Shown: in pieces, positions 36,663 to 48,420 of the stretch
Position numbering within the stretch: position 1 is the first letter of the stretch
Layout of the letters: each line of letters starts with the position of its first letter
NCBI GenBank assembly: GCA_002269645.1
Contig: NIVC01003192.1
Coordinates: 49,131-113,130, forward strand
Source: Macrostomum lignano
Lineage: Eukaryota
Length of the DNA: 64,000 nt
Direction: 5' to 3'
Made by a program: the position numbers and the translations under genes
The notes under the pieces: generated by a model
What the model was told of the DNA's origin: nothing
Database searches by the model: none
What the model saw: only the letters and a program-made list of their open reading frames with translations

Positions 36663-37955
36663 GGAGTAAAAGCGCACTTCAACCCCACGCACCAGGCCCA
36701 ACAGTGTCTATGGTAAATTTTTAGAGAAAGTGACTTCGAATTCGTCTAAGTAAGTGAAATTCGTCAGTGCAAATACAGCCTGATCAAAAAAGTGTTTGCT
36801 TTGTCCATGGTAAGAAAAGAAAGTGTCTATGGTAAATTTAAGTAAGAAAGTGAGTGAATTTCGTCTGTGGAAAATTAGCCAAATTGCCTGAAATCTTCAT
36901 TTCATGCTTTGATTGTTGTCAGAGATTTCCCAGACTACTGATGAAATTTAGTTCAGTAGCTGATTTTCGCGCTGTGGCGAGTTGCAGAATTCTTCACTTT
37001 GGCTTCTATGGCCACAAAAGTTAATAAGCCCAAGTTAATAGGCCATGAGGTTAATAAGCCGCCTATATCTTGTTTATTTGTGATCTTTGGTCAAACCTGG
37101 GTACTGCAGTATGACGCAAGAGTCAGATGCGTTTACAGCTGAGCTGCTCTGTCCCGTGTATTTTTTGTGTTCTTAACTCTGTGCGTGTACTCATGGTCCC
37201 TGGCTCACGCTCTTTGCACGTCCCTGCTCTATCGGGATTTTAATGTACATTGTTGGTGTTGGTGTTGGTGCAGCAGGTGGGCGATCCAATCTGGCTGAGG
37301 ATGCGTCCGGGATCTTCGCCGGTTCCGGCCAAGTTCGTGGTGCAGCACGGCCAGAACACGGCTCTGGTAGCCCCTGCGGACCAATCGGACGGCGGCCTGC
37401 GGCTGGCGCACTCGAATCAGTGGACCGGCCGGCCGAGTGCGCCTGGGTCGCCTGAGGGGGCCGAACCTGAGGCGGAGTTGCCGGAGCAGCTTCCTGGCGC
37501 CATGGTTGAGCACCTTCCTGATCCGGAACCAACGGCGGCGCCAATGAACAGTGGCCAGCGAGAGCCGTACGAGCTTCGGCCTCGCCAGCCTGTCTGCTAT
37601 AAAGTCTAGTGACTCTTTGTGACTGTACTTGACTCTTTGATTTTGTTCTTGTGGTTTCAGTCTTTGCTTTGGCGGGGGGCAGTGTTGGGCCTGGTGCGTG
37701 GAGTTGGGGTGCGCTTTTACTCCGTGTATTGTTTGTGTTCTTAACTCTGTGTGTGTACTCATGGTCCGTGGCTCACGCTCTTTGCACGTCTCTGCTCTAT
37801 CGTGATTTTAATGTACATTGTTGGTGTTTTAGCCCTGGGATGGGGGTGGCTACTATTGAACCTCGCTTGTAATAATCGTATCGTTGGTTGTCGGTGCTCT
37901 TGGCACTTTCGTCTTGTCTCGCATACTCTAAGCTCATGACTTGTTCATTTCAACA
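36663..37955 (+). mobile_element. Rearranged Ty3/Gypsy remnant: split 5' LTR, integrase tail, PPT and complete 273-bp 3' LTR
   Basis: 3' LTR 37683-37955 (TGTTG...CAACA) preceded by PPT GGCGGGGGGCAG. Integrase tail VGDPIWLR...AHSNQW...YELRPRQPVCY* at 37268-37609. 5' LTR pieces at about 37154-37260 (+) and 36663-36703 (inverted). TSD GACAC on both sides. Confidence 0.85.
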
Positions 37956-38056
37956 GACACTCATTCTCTTCCCCTTGAGCGCTATATAGTTTTGTATACG
38001 CTGACGAATTTGAACTTACTTTTGACAAATCCGAAGTTGAAAAGGTATATCTAAGG

Positions 38057-38125
38057 GAGGGTGTTACATTCAGAGGGTGTTACTTTCAGAGGGTGTTACT
38101 TTCAGAGGGTGTTACATTCAGAGGG
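38057..38125. repeat. 16-bp tandem repeat GAGGGTGTTAC(A/T)TTCA x4
   Basis: Direct observation. Confidence 0.9.
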
Positions 38126-38913
38126 GGACAAAAACAAAAAACGAGACGAAAACGAGTTTGTCTATGGCAGTCGCGAGCCAATAGGAAGGAACGGGGGGGG
38201 GAGGGATGCTAAAAGTGAAGATCGAGCGAAACAAAAATACTGGCTCAGATTAGCACTTCATTCTATTCTTTCCTCCATGGTTTGACCTACCTGACCTACA
38301 TGCAATCGGAGCACCACTTTGGCTGTCACCGATGCCTCTGTTGGTGTCAGAAGTGTCCGGACAGGCAATTTATGAGTGCAAGGCCGCCAAGTTGGGTAGG
38401 TCGTACAAAGGAGGCAAAAATATTCTTAATTGAAAACAAAACATGCAACGTTTTATCTTATGACCGAACAACTTGCAAAACAATAAAACGTATTGTTTAA
38501 GGATGTATGTATGTATTATAGTCGTACCTGCTAATTTGTGCTAAAAATTGCATGCAGATATTAAACCCAAAACTAAAACTTTAGGCAAAGGTACATAAAA
38601 GTATGTTTGATTACAGTAATCTGTAATGATAAAAATATAACTGAAAATGGCCCGTAAGACGACGTACAATAAGCATGCAAACTAAACACACTATGCTTAT
38701 AGAGTGCGAGCTAAAAACTAGAATTGAATAAAACAACCGTCCCCTTTGATCAAACAGACAAGTCGAAGATTGAATTCTGAATGTGGAATGTAATTGACTT
38801 CTGGAATAAATAAGCGTTAAAACTCCCTTTTCCATGCTTTTGATAAAAGTGATGAATACAAAAACCATTCAGGTTATTACAATTGCAAGCGTCCCAGACT
38901 TTGAATAATAGCT

Positions 38914-41040
38914 TCAATTTCGTACAAGAAGTCCGCCGCCGTTGGGAATGACGAACCGCTTGTCCTTGATGCTGAGCATGACCTCCTCGAACTTCGGCCT
39001 GCTGCTCGGATCGGCGTGCCAGCACCTGTTGATGAGGTCGCTCACGGGCTTGGCGATGCCGCGAGCGATGATCGGTCGGTTGCCCATCTTGGCGAAGTTG
39101 GCGGCTGCGAACGGGCCTCGGCCTCCGAATTGCCGCATCTGGCTGCTGTACGGCTGCTCCTCGGAGATGAGCTCGTTGAGCAGGATGCCGTACGAGTAGA
39201 CGTCGCAGTTGAACTCGAACGGCTTGGTTGATTCGAGCAGCTCTGGAGCCATGTAGGCGGCTGTACCTGCGGGGTTGTACACGTGGCAGCCCTCCTCCTG
39301 CAGGCGATCGGAGGCCACCGAGGCCGAGGTGAGGTCCCGCAGCAGAGCCAGTCCGAAGTCACCGATCTTGGCCGTCCAGTCGTCAGTGATCAACACGTTC
39401 TGCGGCTTGAGATCTCTGAAGTGAGAAAGTTTTAGCGCGCTGTTGCTTTTAAAAGCAATCCAAGGCCTAAAAGCGATAGTTAAGTACACGCGATGCCCAT
39501 CGTTACCCCTATTTACGAGCTTCTACATCCTGATTGTGCTTTCTACTGCACATGTAGTATTACTGTAGCAAGTGTTTTTCACGGCTTTGGAGTGCACTGC
39601 TTTAAAGCTAAAATCCGACTTGCAGAAAAGCTGCATATTCTTGAAAATTTTCCAAAAATGAGCAAACAGTCACAAGCTTCAGACACCTAAGACGAAACAA
39701 AATGCAATTTTACTGAGTGCTTCTAAAAAGGTCCAATAAGTCCTCCTTGATGTTTACCTGTGGCAAATTTCGGCCGAATGCAGCTGCCTCATGCCGTCCG
39801 CGATGTTGTACGCTAATTTGCGCTTAACGCGACCGTCGCAGATTTTTGCCTCCACGTCAGCGTCCTCGCTGTAGTGCAGCACGTAGGAGAGGCTGCCGAC
39901 CTTTACCAGCTCCATTACCAAGATTGGCGGTTGGATGCAGTACGCCAGAGTGGCCACGAGGTTGGGATGCTGAAACAGGTGCAGCGTGCGGGCGATTTCG
40001 AGCTCCTGTAGAAAGTTCTTCTTGTCCGTTCGCGTCATCCGATCAATATGAAGCCGCTTGGCGGCGACCAGCATGCCGCGCCAGACGGCTTTTTCAACGA
40101 CTCCGAAGCCGCCTCTGCCGATCTCCTCGATCCTATCCAGCTCACTGGCCGCGATCTCGACGAGTTCTGAAGACTCGTCGACACTTTGGTATGAAATCTC
40201 AGACTGCACAGGATCCGGTACGTCGACCTCCATCTGGGTCTCGAATCGGGTCTGAAAGTCGGAGTTCTCCCTCATTCGGCGAGCCCAATACTCCATGCGT
40301 CGCTGCTGGTCGTCGCTCTTTTGGTACTCGACGCAGCTTCCCTGCGGCAACGACTGTTTGTAGACCCTGCCAATGGGGCTGAACTCGTTGATGGTACCGT
40401 CCTTGAGCCGGGGCACCCACCTCGGCACGCTTTCGCCATGGACTCGAGCTTGCTCAGCGACCCAGTCCTTGGCTGCACTCGTCCGCATGTCAGGCGTTCC
40501 ATCCTTCTTGGTTGGTACGTTCGACGGAATGCCGTAGTTGCCTTGCTGAGATACATTCAGCGAAGCGAATCGCGATGCAATGGAACTGGATCCGGAAGTT
40601 CCTCCTTGCGCAGCCTCTCTCGATACTATCTTCTTTGACGAGCTGAAGCGCATGTCCAGCGTTCCATCTTTCTTGTAGTGCAGACCGTCGCCATAGTTAC
40701 CTGCAGAAGCTTGGCTTGATCCAGCAGCTTGCTTGGATGAGCTGTAGCGCATGTCCAGCGTTCCATCTTTCTTGTAGTGCAGACCGTCGCCATAGTTACC
40801 TGCAGAAGCTTGGCTTGATCCAGCAGCTTGCTTGGACGAGCTGTAGCGCATGTCCAGCGTTCCATCTTTCTTGTAGTGCAGACCGTCGCCACCAAGACCT
40901 CGAGACGGGGAAGCAAAAGACGAGCTCGAAGAGCTGAAGCTTGCAGCAGCAGCAGGCACCTGGTACGAAGCGGCAGCCTGTCTTGATGAGCTAAAGCGCA
41001 TGTCCAGCGTCCCGTCCTTCTTGTAGTGCAGGCCGCTCAT
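38914..41040 (-). CDS. TKL-group protein kinase with N-terminal LHYKKDGTLDMR repeats; exons 41040-39758 and 39415-38914
   Basis: GRGGFG, VAAK, HR|DLKPQN rebuilt across a 342-bp phase-2 GT-AG intron (39757-39416), DFG, GTAAYMAPE, DVYSYG, CWHADPSSRP. Confidence 0.9.
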
Positions 41041-41837
41041 TTTGTTGCTGCAATTTATGTTTTAGAAATATGTCAGTCTTGTGAACACTGTTGAAGAAGT
41101 TGAAACCAAAAAAATCTACTTATTCTAGCTCGTACCGTTTGCAGTATTAATAGCTACCCCGCAAAAGAGTTTCTTCCTTTCTTGCTTCTAGCTATATTAG
41201 TACAGCACCTTTGTACAGTTTGTGGGGTCGGGTGTAGAAATGTAGCATAGTGGATAGAGAGACGAAAATACGAGTACACTGCTGTTGTACATTAAATTGG
41301 CGTGCATTTCTACATGCAAGAGCGTACATGTAGTTCCCTTTTTCGTACATGCGTGACTCAATGCTTGAAATTTCCAAGAAAGAGAAGCTCCTGGCGTTGC
41401 AGAGCATATTCCCAGGCTAGCCAGACAATCCACTACACAAAAAATACGTGGCTAGCCAGGTGGCTCCACCGTGGGTCCACCTTGGCTAGCCCTTGCACCC
41501 GTGGACTCGGGGAATCAAATGAGTGAGTCAGACAGTTTCCCACGCTAAAAATAGCTTGTTGACGGGACCCAGCCAGGCGGCTGTGGAAAAGCAGACGCCA
41601 GAACTTGACTCGTATTGGTTGGCAAGATACATGGCACTAATTCAAAAAAAGAAAAAAAAATTTTTTGGCGCCATCGCGTGAGAACTAAATGCATTGACCT
41701 TGCCAGGGCGCTAAAATGGGCGCCCAAAGGCTGAAATTGGCGCCGGTATATTAAAATCGGCGCCAAAAAGTAGCAAGCTGATATATGCTGCCACTTCTAC
41801 GCCCGTTGGCAAATTCCAGCGCTGATTCGGCGATCCT

Positions 41838-43525
41838 GGCGCCAATTTGGGGATCCTGGCGCCAAATTTAGCTTCCGGCGCCAATTCGAGCTTTCCCGCG
41901 CCAATTTGAGCTTTCCAGCGCTAGTTTGAGCTTTCCAGGGCTAGTTTGAGCTTCCTAGGGCTGGTTTGGGCCTTCTTGAGTTGATTTGGGGTTCCTGGCG
42001 CCAATTTGGGGATCCTGGCGCCAAATTTAGCTTCCGGCGCCAATTCGAGCTTTCCCGCGCCAATTTGAGCTTTCCAGCGCTAGTTTGAGCTTTCCAGGGC
42101 TAGTTTGAGCTTCCTAGGGCTGGTTTGGGCCTTCTTGAGTTGATTTGGGGTTCCTGGCGCCAAATTTAGCTTCCGGCGCCAATTCGAGCTTTCCCGCGCC
42201 AATTTGAGCTTTCCAGCGCTAGTTTGAGCTTTCCAGGGCTAGTTTGAGCTTCCTAGGGCTGGTTTGGGCCTTCTTGAGTTGATTTGGGGTTCCTGGCGCC
42301 AATTTGGGGATCCTGGCGCCAAATTTAGCTTCCGGCGCCAATTCGAGCTTTCCCGCGCCAATTTGAGCTTTCCAGCGCTAGTTTGAGCTTTCCAGGGCTA
42401 GTTTGAGCTTCCTAGGGCTGGTTTGGGCCTTCTTGAGTTGATTTGGGGTTCCTGGCGCCAAATTTAGCTTCCGGCGCCAATTCGAGCTTTCCCGCGCCAA
42501 TTTGAGCTTTCCAGCGCTAGTTTGAGCTTTCCAGGGCTAGTTTGAGCTTCCTAGGGCTGGTTTGGGCCTTCTTGAGTTGATTTGGGGTTCCTGGCGCCAA
42601 TTTGGGGATCCTGGCGCCAAATTTAGCTTCCGGCGCCAATTCGAGCTTTCCCGCGCCAATTTGAGCTTTCCAGCGCTAGTTTGAGCTTTCCAGGGCTAGT
42701 TTGAGCTTCCTAGGGCTGGTTTGGGCCTTCTTGAGTTGATTTGGGGTTCCTGGCGCCAATTTGGGGATCCTGGCGCCAAATTTAGCTTCCGGCGCCAATT
42801 CGAGCTTTCCCGCGCCAATTTGAGCTTTCCAGCGCTAGTTTGAGCTTCCCAGGGCTAGTTTGAGCTTCCTAGGGCTGGTTTGGGCCTTCTTGAGTTGATT
42901 TGGGGTTCCTGGCGCCAAATTTAGCTTCCGGCGCCAATTCGAGCTTTCCCGCGCCAATTTGAGCTTTCCAGCGCTAGTTTGAGCTTTCCAGGGCTAGTTT
43001 GAGCTTCCTAGGGCTGGTTTGGGCCTTCTTGAGTTGATTTGGGGTTCCTGGCGCCAATTTGGGGATCCTGGCGCCAAATTTAGCTTCCGGCGCCAATTCG
43101 AGCTTTCTCGCGCCAATTTGAGCTTTCCAGCGCTAGTTTGAGCTTTCCAGGGCTAGTTTGAGCTTCCTAGGGCTGGTTTGGGCCTTCTTGAGTTGATTTG
43201 GGGTTCCTGGCGCCAATTTGGGGATCCTGACGCCAAATTTAGCTTCCGGCGCCAATTCGAGCTTTCCCGCGCCAATTTGAGCTTTCCAGCGCTAGTTTGA
43301 GCTTTCCAGGGCTAGTTTGAGCTTCCTAGGGCTGGTTTGGGCCTTCTTGAGTTGATTTGGGGTTCCTGGCGCCAATTTGGGGATCCTGGCGCCAAATTTA
43401 GCTTCCGGCGCCAATTCGAGCTTTCCCGCGCCAATTTGAGCTTTCCAGCGCTAGTTTGAGCTTTCCAGGGCTAGTTTGAGCTTCCTAGGGCTGGTTTGGG
43501 CCTTCTTGAGTTGATTTGGGGTTCC
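41838..43525. repeat. Satellite array, 159-bp unit (139-bp variant) built from ~20-bp monomers
   Basis: About 11 near-identical units; some lack the GGCGCCAATTTGGGGATCCT monomer. Confidence 0.95.
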
Positions 43526-45424
43526 AAGCGTCACAAGCGATGATTTAGGGATCGTTGCGCTAGTTATTACACTTGGCTTAGACCACCGGAAATTTATCTG
43601 TAGTATAACAAATGTAATAATTTATTGATAAAAAAAACTGATGCGATCGGTGGGTTCTGTTTTAGGAGAAAAAAATACGTTTATTTATTGTATTTGCATT
43701 TTATTTTACTAAAACACTTAATATGCCTATCTTTTGTGAACAAACTAACAGCCGCAAATCTAAAACAGATTTTTCTCGCGCTGCGTCATTAGTTCTCCTT
43801 GTTTCTTTGTTGGCAATAATTTTTTCTTCTAGCTATCATAAAAGCTATGGCTGATGTGTGTGTAGCCACGTATTCGCTAATCGCATAGCTTTTTTGTAAT
43901 ATATTAATTATTGTGTAAATATTTGTGTAAATTGTGACGTGTAGTTTGTAATATATGTAATTTTTTGTCATACATCATTGTGTAAATTGTGACGTGTAGT
44001 TTGTGTAAATATTGATACAATAGTAGTATGTGATGAAACTGACTTGCGAATGACCTGTCGACCTGATTCCTGGCACTTTTTGTGCTGAAATTGAGACGAG
44101 AAGGCCTTTCAAATCTAGATATATATTTGCATGAATTTAGTTATACAACTAGAGCATTATGGACATTCATTCAAGCATACAAACAAACCTTAGAGATTTA
44201 GTATATTTAGATTGTGTAATAATATAATATAGACCTTCAAGTTTGTAGGCAGTGCATAGAGCAAGGGCCAATAACAAAAAATAATATGGTGATCCTGGCT
44301 ACTTCAAATGAATACCTTCTAGAGATTTGAGGGCTTATTTGTGATGAATTAACTGATGAATCTGTGACAGTGACACAGCAACTGTGACGGTGTAGGACCA
44401 AGACCGCCACACACCAAGACCGCCACACTTGGGGGAGCTAGGGGGGAGGAATTTGGCTCGTCATGTTATTGGATGGTGCTGGGGAGGGGTGAGATGGGGA
44501 CGACAAGGCCGCGAGAGAGGAACCGGTGAGTGAGCGGGCCGGGTGGGTGCGAGACCGTGAGTGAGCCCTCGTTTTTTTCATTCAATTTGAATTGTAAAGG
44601 AACTATCAATCCTAAATAAACAGCTACTTTTAGTAGAAAGCTGTGAAAAAAGGCTCTTGACTTAACTACATTCTTAATTCGCAGTTTTGAGTGTGGTCCT
44701 TGAGTTGGTTGTCATTGTTATAATTTGTTATAATGTTAGTTTTCATGTGTGATTCGAGCATGTTCGATTGCCAATGTGCCATTGGTGAGTCGTGCAGCCA
44801 TACCGTTTTTATTACGTGTACATGTACAGGCTTCCTATAAAACGACACTCAAGTAGTCCGTGATATGTACTAGCTGGGCCTCGATCGAGTTGTACCGAGG
44901 CCTGGTAAGCAGCTTTCATATACTCACTTTTGAATCACTCAATCACTATATAACTCACTCACTCTCTCACCCTCTCATTTAGCTCACTCGCACACATGAT
45001 CACTCACTCAAAAGTTACTGTGATCGCTCTTAATACAATCAAAATGTATGGCACGAAAATGCATGTACATCACATGTACATGTAATCGTTTACTTTGATT
45101 TCGGATGTTCTCCCTGTTCATTAAAAAATACGTTCTAAAACTATTTGAACGTATAATAGCTATAAATGTACATTTGTACATCACATTGGGTACCAGTAGT
45201 ATACTCGTGCTTGTACGCCGTTCTGACCATACAACAGCCGGACAGTATGTCGCTACACTACTTGCTTTTAATTTACCATGCAATCAATTGGCAATGATCG
45301 ACCTGGTATACAGTATGCGCATTGTGTGATAGATACAGGTACATGTATATCCATGCTCTGTACAGCTAAATTGGATTAGGAAATAATCTCTCGAGGTCTC
45401 TCTTTAATTATCTCACACTGTCTC

Positions 45425-46108
45425 CTCTCTCACCCTCCCTCCACTCTCACCCTCTCTCCACTCTCAGCCTCTCTCCACTTTCAGTCTCTCTTTACTTTCA
45501 GCCTCTCTCCACTTTCAGCCTCTCTTTACTCTCACCCTCTACTCTCAGTCTCTTTCAACTCTCACCCTCTCTCCACTCTCATCCTCTCTTCACTCAGTCT
45601 CTTTCAACTCTCAGCATCTGTCCACTCTTACCCTCTACGGCTACTCTCAACCTCTCTCCATTTTCGGCCTCTCTTCACTCTCAGTCTCTTTCAACTCTCA
45701 CCCTCTCTCCACTCTCACCCTCTACTCTCAGTCTCTTTCAACTCTCAGCCTCTCTTTACTCTCACCCTCTACTCTCAGTCTCTTTCAACTCTCACCCTCT
45801 CTCCACTCTCATCCTCTCTTCACTCAGTCTCTTTCAACTCTCAGCATCTGTCCACTCTTACCCTCTACGGCTACTCTCAACCTCTCTCCACTTTCGGCCT
45901 CTCTTCACTCTCAGTCTCTTTCAACTCTCACCCTCTCTCCACTCTCACCCTCTACTCTCAGTCTCTTTCAACTCTCAGCCTCTCTTTACTCTCACCCTCT
46001 ACTCTCAGTCTCTTTCAACTCTCACCCTCTCTCCACTCTCACCCTCTCTCCACTCTCACCCTCTCTCCACTCTCACCCTCTCTCCACTCTCACCCTCTCT
46101 CCACTCTC
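45425..46108. repeat. CT-rich compound repeat inside the MULE
   Basis: CTCTCACCCTCTCTCCACT variants with a larger block duplication. Confidence 0.85.
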
Positions 46109-46112
46109 CGAG

Positions 46113-46315
46113 AAACAATGGGTGAGAAACAGTGGGTGAAACATTGGGTGAAACAGTGGGTGAAACAGTGGGTGAAACATTGGGTGAAACAGTGGGTGAA
46201 ACAGTGGGTGAAACAGTGGGTGAAACAGTGGGTGAAACATTGGGTGAAACAGTGGGTGAAACAGTGGGTGAAACAGTGGGTGAAACAGTGGGTGAAACAG
46301 TGGGTAAGAAACAGT
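46113..46315. repeat. 12-bp tandem repeat GGGTGAAACAGT, about 16 copies
   Basis: Direct observation. Confidence 0.93.
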
Positions 46316-46554
46316 GATTTTTTACCATAAAATTTATTTTTGGCAGTGGATTGATCGCTCTTCCAAAAATTCCAGAACTCTCATTGGCTGGGCGCTCATC
46401 AAATAGCAGTTATCCCCCCCCACTGATACGGGCCCCGAATTTTGAATTTTCTGTTTATGTATAACTGTATTAGATTAGCATATCTATATAATAAAAAACT
46501 GGTTTTCTGATATCGGAGCTTAAATAGTTTTTGATCAAGAAATATAGCATTAAA

Positions 46555-48420
46555 ATGGCAGGTGCATACCCATGTGTAGTGTGTGTGCAGCCTGTTGTCA
46601 ATGGAGAGGAAGCTATTGAATGCTCGCAGTGTAGCGAATGGCAGCATCGTGCGTGTAACAGTCGCGTAACGCCAGAGCAGTACGCTGCGATGAAACGTGT
46701 ACGCGAGTTTTTCTGGCTGTGCAACCGATGCCTTAGGCCAACTACAGGTGCGCCTTCATCTGCACCCTCAGCTGCCCCAGCAGCTACTGTGCCGCCAACC
46801 TTTTCAGGATCAGGACCAGGTGGTGAGCCTATTGACCAAGAGGAGCCATTGCTTCCAGTCCCTCATCTAGAAGTGGAAGAGAGGTTTTTATTTCAGTATC
46901 CCGATTTCGCTGACGCTGAACCTGTGCTCGAAGAATCAATTCACCAGCCTCCAGCAGAGTTGGCGCCGCCTCGTAGCCCACCTCCGCAGGCTTTTGAGCA
47001 TTTTCCAGGTGCTGGATTCAGCCACGGCAAAGACTTGCTGGTGCAGTACGTCAGGCGTGATCTTGGCCGCTTGATGCATGTCAAGAGCCGGCGAAACGGC
47101 AACACTTACTACCGTTGCAACAAAACTGCACCGAAATGCCTGGGCTCAGCCGTCAAGCGACAAGACGGAACCATTGAAGCCTTGAAAGAGCACACCTGCG
47201 ATCCAGTCGATCAGCCAGTTAAAAAACGACGTATTGCAGCTCAGGTAAAAGCGGAAGCAAAGCGAGCGCCATTCAAATCTGCTCGCATCATCGCTGAGGA
47301 GAAAGTAAGAGACCTCCCCCAAGAAGTGCAGGCAGTGATTAATATAGATTCCTTAAGTCGCAATGCTAATTATTCTCGTAAAAAAGCCGCCCCGCGGAGC
47401 CAGCTAACATCCATTTTCAGGTTGATCCCGAGCACGTGCCCCCAGAGTTCCATTTGCAGGACGTTACTGTGCCAGAGACAAACGGACGGCACTTTGTCTT
47501 CATGTCTGCGACACAACGGGAGATCCTGTCCACACGACGCATTCTGCACTGCGATGGCACATTCGGAATTGTCAAGGCGCCTTTCATGCAGCTGTACAGC
47601 CTTCATGGAGCCATTCGCTGCGACAATCAAGAGCGTCTGGTACCACTGGCATTCTTTCTGATGTCAGGTAAGGCTCAGGCTGACTACCAGGCCTGCTTCC
47701 GGCAGGTATGGGAGTTGACTGGTAATGCACCTGTCCAATTTATCTGCGACTTTGAGTCGGCCGCCTGGCAAGCCATTCGGCTAGTTTATCCAGCAGCCCA
47801 AGTTCGTGGCTGCTTTTTTCATTACTGCCAGGCTGTTTTCAGGCGAGTCCAGTCTCTTGGATTGCAGGTGCAGTATGCGACTTCCCCTGCGGTAAAGTTA
47901 TTAGTACGCATGCTGCTTTCAATTCCTTGTCTGCCGGCTCCTTGCATGCTAGATGGCCTTGCAGCCTGCACTGCAATGGCAGGAGAGAATCAGCGCCTTC
48001 TAGAGCTAACGGAATACGTGCGTGCAACCTGGCTACAGCACCCTGTGTGGGACCGGGATGCCATTTGCGTCTTTGAGCGGTTTACAAGGACGAACAATGC
48101 CGTGGAGGCTTGGCACGCGCAGCTCAACAAGCGTGGAGAGAAAGCGCTCAATTTCTATCTTCTGCTGACCCTGCTTCAGCGTGATGCAGAGCGGGTGCAA
48201 CGTCTGCTGCAGCAAGTTCATCAAGGCCAAGCTGTCACGCACCACCAGCAAGTGCATGCTACGTCGTAGGTACGCGCGAGTGAATGTCAGCTTTGAGACA
48301 TTCTGCCGACACCTGAGAGAGGGCACTATGTCGATTGCCGCATTTCTCCGGGCCTGCAGCCATATTCATGCGCAACCTGGATGGCAACAAGAGGGCGAGG
48401 ATGATGCGCAGCAGAATTGA
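46555..48420 (+). pseudogene. MULE transposase (PHD finger + FLYWCH-like finger + DDE domain) with two frameshifts
   Basis: PHD C-x2-C...C-x2-C-SEWQH-x2-C...WLCNRC; YYRC..C...EHTC; HCDGTF, ICDFE, GCFFHYCQAV, RTNNAVEAWH. Frame change at the A6 run 47380-47385 and again near 48240-48260 (C-terminus RRYARVN...FLRACSH is in another frame). Confidence 0.88.

Noticed and set aside
37229-37762. 177-aa Arg-rich ORF on - strand
   Set aside because: Antisense shadow of the Gypsy integrase tail and LTR.
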